From Myxococcota bacterium (GTDB lineage Bacteria; Myxococcota_A; Polyangia; Nannocystales; Nannocystaceae): a DNA stretch of 64,000 bases. The stretch covers positions 64,001-128,000 of the forward strand of contig JBCCHT010000018.1 in assembly GCA_039028615.1 (NCBI GenBank). The letters are read 5' to 3'. Positions within the stretch are counted from its first letter, which is position 1. Each line of letters starts with the position of its first letter. The position numbers were made by a program, and so were the translations under genes. This document shows, in pieces, positions 31,978 through 41,543 of the stretch. The notes under the pieces were generated by a model, which worked only from the letters and a program-made list of their open reading frames with translations, was not told the origin of the DNA and ran no database searches.

Positions 31978-32846
31978 CCACCCTGGATGCCGTGGTGGCG
32001 AGCAAGGAAACCGCCGACCGACGCCCCACCGCGTGGCAAGCGTTTCGGTCCGCGCTCCCCTACGAGTCGTTCCCCGCGTCGCCGCGACGGGGCACGGTCG
32101 TGGCCGACGACGCGGGCGGGATTCGCTACTGGGCCTACATCCCCGAAGAGGCCAAGCGCCGCCCGCTACCGGTCCTGTATCACTTGCACGGGGCCGGTGT
32201 TCGCTGGACCTGGGTCCGCCGCGACGTCACCTGGATCGCCCAGCAACAGGAGCTCGCCGTCGAGGCGACGCAGGGCGTGCCCATGGTGGTCATCGCCCCG
32301 TACGACCCGACCCACTTCAGCATGTGGGCCGACGATGTCCGCGGGTCGCACTCCACCGCGCACCTCGTCACCGAGGTGCTTCGCCGGCATGTCGAGTCCA
32401 CGTACGATGTCCTGCGGGGCCGGGCCAACACGCACATCCAGGGCTTTTCCATGGGTGGGTTCGGGGCGGCCACGCTGGGTCTGAAGCACCAGGATCTGTA
32501 CGGCACCGTCGGGATCTTCGATGGGGCCATGCACGACTGGTCGACCTTCACCGAAGGCCATCCCACGCTCGCCGCCGAGCAATTCGGCGGAGACCCCGAC
32601 GTGTTCGCCCGCTGGTCCCCCTGGGCGTGGGCCCGCCGGGCCGACCTGTCCTGCACCCCGGTGTTCATCGCCGAGGGATTGATGGCCAACTTCAACCGTC
32701 GCTACCGCGACCACCTGCGCGGGTTGGGGGGCGACGTCGAGTACGTCATCACCAACCGCCTGCACGACCTCCGCGGGCTGCAAAGAGACACCGGACTGGC
32801 CGTGTACCAGTTCATGGCCAGCGCCCGCGCAGCTCGTCGACCCTAG
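31974..32846 (+). CDS. Esterase (alpha/beta hydrolase, Fes/antigen-85-like)
   Basis: 'PVLYHLHG', nucleophile elbow 'GFSMGG'; ATGA overlap with the upstream gene. Confidence 0.82.
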   Translation: MTTLDAVVASKETADRRPTAWQAFRSALPYESFPASPRRGTVVADDAGGIRYWAYIPEEAKRRPLPVLYHLHGAGVRWTWVRRDVTWIAQQQELAVEATQGVPMVVIAPYDPTHFSMWADDVRGSHSTAHLVTEVLRRHVESTYDVLRGRANTHIQGFSMGGFGAATLGLKHQDLYGTVGIFDGAMHDWSTFTEGHPTLAAEQFGGDPDVFARWSPWAWARRADLSCTPVFIAEGLMANFNRRYRDHLRGLGGDVEYVITNRLHDLRGLQRDTGLAVYQFMASARAARRP

Positions 32847-32983
32847 CTTCTTCCCCAGGACGACGAGCATGGGGCTCGTCGCCCACCTTCAACCGAACAC
32901 TCCGGTGGCCGTGCGCCGAGCCGCCGTAGGCAGTGACAGTAGACACTTTGATTCGAGCCCCGCGGGGCTCGGGAGATCCTCCC

Positions 32984-34087
32984 ATGCGACACACGATTCC
33001 TTTCTTCCTCGCCTTGGCCGTGGGCTGCCAGTCCGACGCAGACGACACCAGCATCGAGGACACCGACGTCGGCGAGACCGGCATCGAAGACACCGACACC
33101 GATGCGACGGGGGCCGACGAGACCGGCGAAGAGCCGGACGTCGCGTACGACGGCTACGACTACCTCTCCCACTACGCGGTGATGCCCGACGGGCTGAACA
33201 TGCACTACCTCGACGAAGGCGAGGGCGACCCGATCGTCATGGTGCACGGCCTGCCGACCCAGGCGTATATGTGGCGCCGCGTGATCCCGACGGTGGCCGA
33301 CAAGGGCCGCGTCATCGCGCCCGATCTCATCAACTTCGGCCTCTCCGACAAGACCGATCCCGTCACCCCGGGGCAGGAGGTCGAGTACCTCACCGCGCTC
33401 ATCGACGAGCTCGAGCTGGAGAACGTCACGCTCGTGCTGCACGACTGGGGCGTCGCCATCGGTCTGGCCTACGCCGCGAACCACACCGACAACATCAAGG
33501 GCGTGGTCTTCTTCGAGGGTCCGTTCTCGCCGCTTCCCGGCCTGGCGGGCATTCCCGAGTGGTTCGTGCCCAACATGCTCGACCCGGTCACCGCTCGGCC
33601 GAACCTCGTCGACGACAACTGGCTCATCGAAGGCTTCTTGCTCGATCCCGCGGGCGGGGCGACGTCGCGGATCTACACCGAGGCCGAAAAGGAGGTCTAC
33701 CGTGCGCCCTTCACCACGCCGGAGGAGCGCGAGCAGATCTTGCTCTTCCCGCAGTACCTACCCTTCCTCGACACCACGGGTCACCCCGTGCTCGACCCCG
33801 ACGGCCCGGGCGGTGAGCCACCGATGCCTGCGCCCGAGATCGAGATCTCGATGGGCAACGCCCAGTTCCTGCAGACCGCCGATGTGCCCAAGCTGTTCAT
33901 CTACGGCATGCCGGGCACGTGGGCCAACGGCAACGGTGCGATGCTGGCAGGCAGCCTCGAGTCCTCCATGCTCAACTTGAGCTCGGTGCAGGTCGGTCGC
34001 GAGGACACGCCCAACTACCACTACATCGCCGAGGACACCCCCGACGAGCTGGCGGACGCGGTCGTGACCTTCGTGCAGGGTCTGTGA
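32984..34087 (+). CDS. Haloalkane dehalogenase-like alpha/beta hydrolase, lipoprotein
   Basis: 'MHYLDEGEGDPIVMVHGLPT', 'IAPDLINFGLSDK', 'LVLHDWG', 'FFEG', 'YRAPF', 'PKLFI', 'HYIAEDTP'; lipobox LAVGC. Confidence 0.8.
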   Translation: MRHTIPFFLALAVGCQSDADDTSIEDTDVGETGIEDTDTDATGADETGEEPDVAYDGYDYLSHYAVMPDGLNMHYLDEGEGDPIVMVHGLPTQAYMWRRVIPTVADKGRVIAPDLINFGLSDKTDPVTPGQEVEYLTALIDELELENVTLVLHDWGVAIGLAYAANHTDNIKGVVFFEGPFSPLPGLAGIPEWFVPNMLDPVTARPNLVDDNWLIEGFLLDPAGGATSRIYTEAEKEVYRAPFTTPEEREQILLFPQYLPFLDTTGHPVLDPDGPGGEPPMPAPEIEISMGNAQFLQTADVPKLFIYGMPGTWANGNGAMLAGSLESSMLNLSSVQVGREDTPNYHYIAEDTPDELADAVVTFVQGL

Positions 34088-34104
34088 GCGATGGCGTTCC
34101 TCGG

Positions 34105-34149
34105 CACGGTCCGCGACCCGACCGTACGTCGGTCGGTCGCGGGCACGTG
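34105..34149. repeat. Long palindromic hairpin downstream of the dehalogenase-like gene
   Basis: ccgcgac-c-cgaccg-tacgt-cggtcg-gtcgcgg inverted repeat; possible terminator or mRNA stabiliser. Confidence 0.5.
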
Positions 34150-34441
34150 GTGGGGTCTCGCATCAGCGCTCGAACGAGCAGCCGCCAGTGCCACAGACCA
34201 AGAACCCATCACGCAGCTGTCGGTACGACTCTTGGGTCCTTCCGCAGGGCGGGCACCCGAGTCCCTTCGTGAAGTCGACGAAGACCGGCTCGATCGGCGG
34301 AGGCGGTACGAAGGGCGGCAGCGGAGCAGGGAGCGCCCACGGACCCGCGTCGGGGATGGGCATGGCCGCAGATGGCTCGAGCGTGCCCGGCGGAGCGGCG
34401 ATCGACCATGGGCGAGTCTGACGATGTGCCCCGGCCCTCGG

Positions 34442-35368
34442 CTACGACCCGCGTCGAACACCCTCGGCCGGCCGTCGCGGCTCCTGCCATGAGTCGGACG
34501 CAGCACGCTCCCGATGCGGCCCAAAGCCCTCGTAGAGGTGATCCATCAGCGCTCGAATCCTTCGGTTGTCTCGCAGGTCCGAAAGCGTGAGCGCCCACAG
34601 GTCCCGAGTCGCGGAGTCGAGCGGAGCATCCAGTCGCACCAGGTTCGGATCGCCATCGCCGTCGTCGCGCGTGAGCACCGAGACCCCGATGCCCTCACCG
34701 ACCGCGTGCCGCCACACGGCGTAGTCGTTGGAACGCAGCACGACTCGAGCCCCGGGGGCGTGCTTGCCCATCCAGCTCCGCATCCACGACGATTCATCGG
34801 AAGGGTCGACGCCGACCCACGGGTACGTGCTCAACGGAGCATCGGGGCCCACCCGCTGTACGAGGCGGTACGCGGCATAAGCCCCGAACGCCACGCGGCT
34901 CACCTTGCGACCGAACAAGTGCTCGGCCGGGCGATCGCCGACTCTCAACACGACGTCGGCGTCACGGCGCGACAGCGACACATTGCTGATCGCGGTACCG
35001 ATGGTGAGCTCGACGTCGGGATACCGCAGTAAGAAGCCATCGAAGATCTCTGCGAACCCGGTGAACAGAAAGCTCAGCGTCGACAGTCGCAGCGGGCCGC
35101 GCAGGGCGGCATCGCGGCCGAGCACATGGGCGTGAGCGCTGACGACTTCTTCTTCGACTCGCGTTGCAGTCTCGGCCAGCTCCGCGCCCGCGGTGGTCGG
35201 TACCCACCCGTCCGGCGTCCGGTCGAAGAGGCGAACCCCGAGCGCCTCCTCTTCGTCGCGAATCCGTCGCCCGACCGTTGTCCGTGCCACGCCGAGCGCG
35301 GTCGCGGCTCCCGTCAGCGTTCCCGTGCGAGCGACGGCCAGAACGAAGCGCAGCGCGTCCCAGTTCAT
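34442..35368 (-). CDS. LysR-family transcriptional regulator
   Basis: 'MNWDALRFVLAVARTGTLTGAA..LGV..TTVGRRI..LFDR'. Confidence 0.92.
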   Translation of the reverse strand: MNWDALRFVLAVARTGTLTGAATALGVARTTVGRRIRDEEEALGVRLFDRTPDGWVPTTAGAELAETATRVEEEVVSAHAHVLGRDAALRGPLRLSTLSFLFTGFAEIFDGFLLRYPDVELTIGTAISNVSLSRRDADVVLRVGDRPAEHLFGRKVSRVAFGAYAAYRLVQRVGPDAPLSTYPWVGVDPSDESSWMRSWMGKHAPGARVVLRSNDYAVWRHAVGEGIGVSVLTRDDGDGDPNLVRLDAPLDSATRDLWALTLSDLRDNRRIRALMDHLYEGFGPHRERAASDSWQEPRRPAEGVRRGS

Positions 35369-35458
35369 GCGTTCATTTTCGCACGCTTGAAGGCCTCTTT
35401 TGCACCTTGGCGGAGCGTATGCGCACGACCATGGTGAAGGCGAAGAGAGCCAAAAATC

Positions 35459-36097
35459 ATGAAAATTACGCTATTTGGGGCCACTGGAGGCGTCGGGGGA
35501 GAGTTGCTCCGGCAAAGCGTGGACGCGGGCCATGAGGTCACCGCCCTGGTACGCACGCCGTCGAAGCTCCCCGCCGACCTGCGCTCGCGCGTGCAGGTGG
35601 TCGAGGGCGATGCGCTCGACCCGGCCGATGTCGAGCGGGCCTTGGCCGGAGGCACCGAAGCGGTGCTCTTTGCCCTGGGTGCGAGCCGCAAGTCTCCGCC
35701 GAACCTGTGCACCGAGGTCACCCGACACATCCTGGCCGCGATGCCGAAGCACGGGGTCGACCGCTTCATCTGGTGTGGTGGAGGCAGCGCGCCGATGCCC
35801 GACGAGCAGCGGAACTTGGGCGCGCGGATCGTGACGTGGACGGGCGAGAAGTTCTTCGGCTTCCTTCACCACGACAAGGTCCACCAGCTCGAGCTGCTCG
35901 ACGACAGCCGCAGCATCCGATGGTTCGGGGTTCGTCCCATCGCGATCAAAAAGGGGCCGCGCACCGAGTCCTATCGCATGGGCTACGACGACTTCGGCAT
36001 GTTCTCCAGCATCACCTATGCCGACTGCGCTCACGCGATGATGAGCATGCTGGCCGGCGAGCGCTGGCTGCATCAGGCACCCATCGTCCGCTACTGA
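35459..36097 (+). CDS. NAD(P)H-binding flavin reductase (BVR-B/NAD_binding_10-like)
   Basis: 'ITLFGATGGVG', 'VTALVRTPSKL', 'GDALD', 'ITYADCA'. Confidence 0.85.
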   Translation: MKITLFGATGGVGGELLRQSVDAGHEVTALVRTPSKLPADLRSRVQVVEGDALDPADVERALAGGTEAVLFALGASRKSPPNLCTEVTRHILAAMPKHGVDRFIWCGGGSAPMPDEQRNLGARIVTWTGEKFFGFLHHDKVHQLELLDDSRSIRWFGVRPIAIKKGPRTESYRMGYDDFGMFSSITYADCAHAMMSMLAGERWLHQAPIVRY

Positions 36098-36103
36098 TGC
36101 GAG

Positions 36104-37033
36104 CTAGGCACGCAGGCCCTCGGCCACGACTCGCTCGATGAAGTCGGCCACGGTCGTGACCTTGACCGACAGCTGCCGATGCTTGGGGTACACGAGGCTG
36201 ACCGGCATCCGCTGCCACACCTGCCACCTGGGGAGAAGCCGCACCAGCTGTCCCTCGCGGATGGCCGGGCTCGCGAGGAAATCGAACACCGCGATCACGC
36301 CTTCACCCAGCCGCGCCAGCTCCACCAGGGCGTCGCCGCTGTCCAGCGTCACGTTGCCCGACAGCGGGACCGCGCGGCGTTGATCGTCGCGCTGAAACTG
36401 CCAGGTCCGCATCGTGTTGCCACGGTGAGAGCCATAGAAGTAGATGTTGTGCTTGGCGAGGTCTTCGGGACGTCGCGGGCGCCCGTGGCGTTGGATGTAG
36501 CTCGGGGAGGCGCAGAGCATCCCCTGGCTGTGGGCGATGGTGCGTTGCACCAAGCGGCGGTCCGAGCCCCGCGGGTCGGCGCCCATGCGCACCGCGAGAT
36601 CGATGCGTTCACCCACCACGTCGACCCGGCGATCGGTCAGCTCCAGGCGGACCTCGAGGTCGGGATGGCGTCGCAGCAGCTCGGGCAGGGCGGGGACGAT
36701 GACCCGCCGCCCCAGTTCGGCGGGCACGCTCGCCAGCACGGTGCCGCGCGGCCCGGCCTGGGCTTCGGTCAGCTCGGTCTCGGCTTCCTCGATGTCGGCG
36801 ACGATCTGCCGACAGCGTTGGTAGAAGCGCCGACCTTCCTCGGTGATCGCGACCTTGCGGGTGGTTCGATCGAACAGCCGCACCCCGAGCCGTTCCTCGA
36901 GTCGCGAGATCGTCTTGCTCACCCCCGAAGGCGAGATGCCCAGCTGGCGTGCCGCCTCGCTGAAGCTCTCGGTCTCGGCGACGCGAACGAGAACGGGAAT
37001 GCCGGCGAGGGCCTCGGTCGACGCGGTGCTCAC
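36104..37033 (-). CDS. LysR-family transcriptional regulator (CrgA-like)
   Basis: 'SFSEAARQLGISPSGVSKTISRLEERLGVRLFDRTTR'. Confidence 0.93.
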   Translation of the reverse strand: MSTASTEALAGIPVLVRVAETESFSEAARQLGISPSGVSKTISRLEERLGVRLFDRTTRKVAITEEGRRFYQRCRQIVADIEEAETELTEAQAGPRGTVLASVPAELGRRVIVPALPELLRRHPDLEVRLELTDRRVDVVGERIDLAVRMGADPRGSDRRLVQRTIAHSQGMLCASPSYIQRHGRPRRPEDLAKHNIYFYGSHRGNTMRTWQFQRDDQRRAVPLSGNVTLDSGDALVELARLGEGVIAVFDFLASPAIREGQLVRLLPRWQVWQRMPVSLVYPKHRQLSVKVTTVADFIERVVAEGLRA

Positions 37034-37034
37034 C

Positions 37035-37050
37035 TGTGAATCATTTCATA
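37035..37050. promoter_or_regulatory. Putative LysR operator (dyad TGAA...TTCA)
   Basis: tgtgaatcatttcata immediately upstream of the LysR start, in an AT-rich divergent spacer. Confidence 0.5.
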
Positions 37051-37108
37051 AATCTTATTCTGTTCGACCCCATTATCACCGAATGGGAAACAACCTACGT
37101 TGGCGTCC

Positions 37109-38086
37109 ATGGACATCCCCAACACCATGAAAGCCCTCGAGATCACCAGCTGGGACGGCCCTTCGGCGGCCCACGTCGTGGAGGCACCCGTGCCCACCCC
37201 CGGCCCCGGCCAGCTGCTGCTGAAGATCGGCGCCGCCGCCATCAACTTCGCCGACACCATGCAGTCGCGCGGGCGCTACCCGGGCGGGCCGCAGGCACCC
37301 TACCTCGCGGGCTACGAGGCCTCGGGCGAGGTGGTGGCCGCGGGCGAGGGCACCAAGTTCAAGCCCGGCGACCAGGTCATCGGCTTTGGCCGTGGAGCCT
37401 TCGCCGACTACATGGTGTGCCAGGACGCGATGGCGCGACCGCTGCCCAAGGGCTGGACGCCGACCAAGGGCGCCGCGCTGTGGACGAGCTGGTACACGGC
37501 GGCGGGAGCCCTGCATCACCTCGGGCAGGTGCAGGAAGGCGAGACCGTGCTGATCCATGCGGCGGCGGGAGGCGTGGGCCAGGCCGCGGTTCGGCTGGCC
37601 AAGCACCTCGGCGCGCGAGTCATCGCGACCGCGTCGTCGGCCGAGAAACTCGCGGCCGCGCAGCGCCTCGGCGCCGACGTGCTGATCAACTACCGCACCG
37701 AGGACTTCGTGCAGGCGGTCAAGGACGCCACCGACGGGCGCGGTGCCGACCTGATCTTGGAGATGGTGGGGGGCGAGACCTTCCGTCGCAACTTCGAGGC
37801 GGTCATCCCCCAGGGGCGCATCGTCGTCTACGGTCTGTCGAGCGGCGAGCGAGCGTCGATCGACAATCACCAGCTCGTGTTCGAGTACCCGGTCAAGCTG
37901 ATGGGGCTCAACATGGGCAAGCGCCCCGAGTACTTCGCTCCGCTCTTCGGCCTCATCGAGCAGTGGATCGCCGAGGGGGTGATCGATCCCGAAGAGCCCG
38001 AGCGTCACTCACTCGAGGCTCTGCCTACCGTGCTCGCGAACCTCGAGGCTCGCAAGACGGCGGGCAAGCAGGTCTTCGTCCCGTGA
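37109..38086 (+). CDS. NADPH:quinone oxidoreductase (MDR family)
   Basis: 'INFADT', 'GRYP', 'GYEASG', 'VLIHAAAGGVG', 'GRGADLILEMVGG', 'GKQV'. Confidence 0.9.
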   Translation: MDIPNTMKALEITSWDGPSAAHVVEAPVPTPGPGQLLLKIGAAAINFADTMQSRGRYPGGPQAPYLAGYEASGEVVAAGEGTKFKPGDQVIGFGRGAFADYMVCQDAMARPLPKGWTPTKGAALWTSWYTAAGALHHLGQVQEGETVLIHAAAGGVGQAAVRLAKHLGARVIATASSAEKLAAAQRLGADVLINYRTEDFVQAVKDATDGRGADLILEMVGGETFRRNFEAVIPQGRIVVYGLSSGERASIDNHQLVFEYPVKLMGLNMGKRPEYFAPLFGLIEQWIAEGVIDPEEPERHSLEALPTVLANLEARKTAGKQVFVP

Positions 38087-38100
38087 ATCGGCGACGTCGA

Positions 38101-39192
38101 CTACGCGAGCGAGACGAGCTGCTTCATGATGTTGCCGACTGCGGGCTGCAGGGCGCCGGTCATCTGGTCGGGGCTGCCCGAGCCGCAGTTGGACAGCGCG
38201 ACCACACCGAAGCCGAGCGCGGGGCACAGCTCGACCACCGCCGCACATCCGGGGAGCCCTCCGTTCTTCTGCAGCATGGTCTGGCCGCCCGCCTGGTAGC
38301 TCGTCCACGCGAAGCCCTGTCCCGCTCCACCCGAGGTCGTGGTCCACTGCGCTTGGGCCTGGGCCATGCCCTTGGTGAGGGCGCTGGGGACGGACTGGCC
38401 GTTGATGGTCGTGACCCCGAGGTTGGCCATGATGAAGTTCAGCATGTCGCTGACGTTGGACAGCGTGCGACCGGCCGTGCCCCATGGGGTCCAGGGCGAC
38501 TGTGGGACTGCGTCGTAGCTGCCGCTTTCGAACTTGTAGAACGTGGCGACATCGGCATTCGGCGGCGGGGTGTGGCCGCTCGAGCTCATCGATAGGGGAG
38601 AGAACAGGTTGGTGTCGTACCAGCTGTCGGCGGCGGTAGAGCTCGAGTAGTCGCTGATGCCCGCGGCGGAGATGAGGATCTGGCCGAGAAGGCCGATGCT
38701 CGAGTCCGAGTAGTCGTTGGCGGCGGGAAGCGAGCCGGGGTCGGGGCGATCGTCGATGAACTGGATGAACTGGGTCTGGTCCGAGTCTTGGGCGGGGGTG
38801 CTGGGGTTGATGCCCGCGGTGAACGTCGCCAGCTGCTCGTAGGTGATCTTCTGCTGCCACGATTGCAACGAGTAGGCCGAGGGCACCGCATCTTCGATGT
38901 TCGACTCGTAGAAGGTCTTGGCGTCGATGCCCTGCTGGTAGGGCGACGCGCCTAGCAGGCTGGTGGTGAATACCTTGGTCACCGAGCCGATCTGAAACAG
39001 CGTGCTCTCGGTGGGAGCCGAGCCTCCGATCGACGAGACGCCGAACGGAAAGAAGTACGGCGTGCCGCCAATGTAGACCCCGACCGCCGCGCCCACGGTG
39101 AGCGTGGCCGAGGGGGTGTCAGAGTAGATGAGCGGAGAGATGGCGTCGTCGACGATGCTCTCGACGCTGGTGCTCGAGGGGGAGGAGGTCAT
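38101..39192 (-). CDS. Serine hydrolase, beta-lactamase (class C-like) family
   Basis: 'LFQIGSVTKVFT' SxxK, 'YSDSSIGLLG', 'QKNGG'; RBS AAGGA before ATG 39192. Confidence 0.85.
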   Translation of the reverse strand: MTSSPSSTSVESIVDDAISPLIYSDTPSATLTVGAAVGVYIGGTPYFFPFGVSSIGGSAPTESTLFQIGSVTKVFTTSLLGASPYQQGIDAKTFYESNIEDAVPSAYSLQSWQQKITYEQLATFTAGINPSTPAQDSDQTQFIQFIDDRPDPGSLPAANDYSDSSIGLLGQILISAAGISDYSSSTAADSWYDTNLFSPLSMSSSGHTPPPNADVATFYKFESGSYDAVPQSPWTPWGTAGRTLSNVSDMLNFIMANLGVTTINGQSVPSALTKGMAQAQAQWTTTSGGAGQGFAWTSYQAGGQTMLQKNGGLPGCAAVVELCPALGFGVVALSNCGSGSPDQMTGALQPAVGNIMKQLVSLA

Positions 39193-39434
39193 GAGTCGTT
39201 CCTTTGGTGTGCGAGTCGGGCGGGTTTGAGCGACCGCGCCTCGTCCGTTCGAGTCAGTCGGTCCCGCGTCGCGTTTGATCACAAATAGGCGCTCTCGGGC
39301 CCAATTCGGCCGCAGATGGGAAGACCGCGAGGGATGGTGTCCGGTTGGCGACCGCTCGGTGCGGTGGCGGGCGCGCCCCTGCGACGACGCGACTGCGGGG
39401 GTAACCAAGCTCGAGCGCCGTGCGTACCCCGAGC

Positions 39435-39956
39435 GTGCTGAACGTGCGCGCGTGCTCGATTCGTTTCGCAACGCTCTCGCTCATGCTGGTCATGGCCTGC
39501 GGCGACACCAACGGTGGCGACGATGGTCTGCCGGCCGCGGCCGAGGATCCTGATCCGCTGGTCGTACCCACCAACAGCGACGACCTGTTGGAGTGGTTGG
39601 TCGCCGAGCCCTACCTCGACTGGCCCAGCGAATCCGGGATCCATCGATCGACCGGGCCTCACTTCGGAGACGTCCAGACCTGGGTGACGCCCGCGCTGCT
39701 CGATTCGCTCGAAGCCGGGAATGCCGAGCACCCGGCCGGCTCCGCGACGGTCAAAGAGCTCTACGGCAGCGGCAGTGAGCGCCGCGGGTGGTCGGTCTCG
39801 GTCAAGCTCGCCGACCTCAGCCAGGGCGGCGAGCAGTGGTACTGGTACGAGTGGTTCAACGGCAGCATCGTCGCCTCGGGCGATGGCATCTCGGTTTGCA
39901 CGGGCTGCCACTCGGGCGGCCAGGACTTCGTGCTGACGCCGATCCCGTTGCAGTAG
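39435..39956 (+). CDS. Mono-heme cytochrome P460-like lipoprotein
   Basis: C-terminal CTGCH, 'PAGSATVKELY', 'WYWYE'; lipobox VMAC. Start approximate. Confidence 0.68.
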   Translation: MLNVRACSIRFATLSLMLVMACGDTNGGDDGLPAAAEDPDPLVVPTNSDDLLEWLVAEPYLDWPSESGIHRSTGPHFGDVQTWVTPALLDSLEAGNAEHPAGSATVKELYGSGSERRGWSVSVKLADLSQGGEQWYWYEWFNGSIVASGDGISVCTGCHSGGQDFVLTPIPLQ

Positions 39957-40008
39957 TCGCTCGTCGTCTCGGTCCGGCTACAGGCGTCGGGTCGCGTATC
40001 ATCCGGCG

Positions 40009-41268
40009 ATGGCCGATGAACTGCGCGCTCGCATCGATGCACGACTCGATCGGTACCCGGGCGACATCATGCCGTTCGCTCCGTACATGCCGGTGCCGGC
40101 TCCCTTGCACTCGTTCGAGGAGCACAAGGCCATCGCGATCCGCGAGATGAACGAGCGGCTCGCCGCGGCCAAGGCCTCGATTCGCACGCCGCCCGATCCT
40201 TCGCTCATCTCCATCAAGTCCTGGCAGTTCGGCTTCACGGGCAGTGAGTCCGACGACGCGGCCACTCGGAGCGCACGTGATGGGCTGTACCTGCGCCTGC
40301 AGTCTCATCGTGGTGACTACGTCTCGTCGGAGCAGTGGCGTGGGTTCTTCGAGGCCATCGACAATCCAAAGCGGTGGGTCGAGTTCGGCGAGGCGGCCGA
40401 AGCCGAAGGGTGGACTGTCGAGGCCAACGCATGTTTCGCGGCTGCCCGCTGGCTCGATCCCGGTGTCGAGGAGCGCATCGCGACGGCGATCGCCGGGCGT
40501 TCGAACGATGCTCTCCCCGCTCGCCTCGTCCGTCAGCCCGACGCGGGCCTCGCCACGCAGCCCTTCATGCAGCGTCACTGGCTGGCTTGGGACATGAAGA
40601 ACTACGGGCGCCTCGATCTCCCCACGCTCATGCGCTGGGCCTGCGATCCCAACTTCTCTGTGCGTGCCCGGATCTATCGTTCGCTCGGTCAACGCCCGCA
40701 TCCCGCATCGATCCAGACGCTGCACGAGGGGCGCTTCGATCCCCATCCCTTTGCTCGCGCCCAAGCCCTACGTTCGCTCGGCTGGTGTGCCGACCCGACC
40801 GCGCTCGAGTTCCTGCGTACGATGGCGGCGTCCGATCCCGACGCAGAGGTCCGTCGCACCGCGGCCAAGGCCGCCCAGCGCATCGAGGGGTATTGGTGGT
40901 TCTACGGCGAGTGGAATGCGATCGCGGGGTCTGCGGAGCGCATGCTCGAGGTTGCCCGGTTCCTCGTCGACAAAGGCTTGCCCGCGTTCGTGTACAACAT
41001 CGTGGTCCTGTGCGATCGGGGCGACGACGGTGCGCTCGGTGAGCTCGTCGATTCGATCGAAGCCGACGCCCTCGAGCGCGACCGCGAGGACGAAGAACTC
41101 TACGCGCGCTCGCAGTACCACCACTGGTTTTCCGAGGCCCAAGAGCACGAGGCTCGGCGAGACTCACTCACCGATGAGGAGGCCCGGTCCGACGCGCGCC
41201 AGCCGGGAGCGGCGGGATTCGAGGGTCGGCGCACTCTCCGTCATCGCGGGCTGGCCGTCCCCTCATGA
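40009..41268 (+). CDS. HEAT-repeat-containing protein
   Basis: Three HEAT-like units: 'DPNFSVRARIYRSLG', 'DPHPFARAQALRSLG', 'DPDAEVRRTAAKA'. Confidence 0.7.
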   Translation: MADELRARIDARLDRYPGDIMPFAPYMPVPAPLHSFEEHKAIAIREMNERLAAAKASIRTPPDPSLISIKSWQFGFTGSESDDAATRSARDGLYLRLQSHRGDYVSSEQWRGFFEAIDNPKRWVEFGEAAEAEGWTVEANACFAAARWLDPGVEERIATAIAGRSNDALPARLVRQPDAGLATQPFMQRHWLAWDMKNYGRLDLPTLMRWACDPNFSVRARIYRSLGQRPHPASIQTLHEGRFDPHPFARAQALRSLGWCADPTALEFLRTMAASDPDAEVRRTAAKAAQRIEGYWWFYGEWNAIAGSAERMLEVARFLVDKGLPAFVYNIVVLCDRGDDGALGELVDSIEADALERDREDEELYARSQYHHWFSEAQEHEARRDSLTDEEARSDARQPGAAGFEGRRTLRHRGLAVPS

Positions 41269-41369
41269 CCTCGACGGTCGGGCCCGACCCGAGGTTTGCT
41301 GCCCTCGCATGACGTCGCCTGCCGGATGCGACTCGGGCGCGCCCGCGTTGGCCACGCGCGACAACCAAT

Positions 41370-41404
41370 AAAAAAACCCTTGGCACCGGGGGAGGTACCA
41401 AGGG
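41370..41404 (-). terminator. Rho-independent terminator of the candidate sRNA
   Basis: Minus strand CCCUUGGUACC-UCCCCC-GGUGCCAAGGG-UUUUUUU (11-bp stem, U7). Confidence 0.85.
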
Positions 41405-41533
41405 AAGGGGTCGGGGTGTTCCCTACAAGGCAGAGAGAGTTGGGCCCGCTGTCGGGGGAGACTGAGAGCCCACCGCCTCGTGGAAATCGTTGTCTTGCGT
41501 CGTTCGCTACCGTTCGTCCCTCGCCAGGGACAG
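41370..41533 (-). ncRNA. Candidate sigma54-dependent small RNA (~165 nt) with C-rich loops
   Basis: Bounded by a -24/-12 promoter and an intrinsic terminator; several hairpins whose G.U pairs form only on the minus strand; two UCCCCC loops; no credible ORF. Confidence 0.7.
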
Positions 41534-41543
41534 CCCCTTAGAA

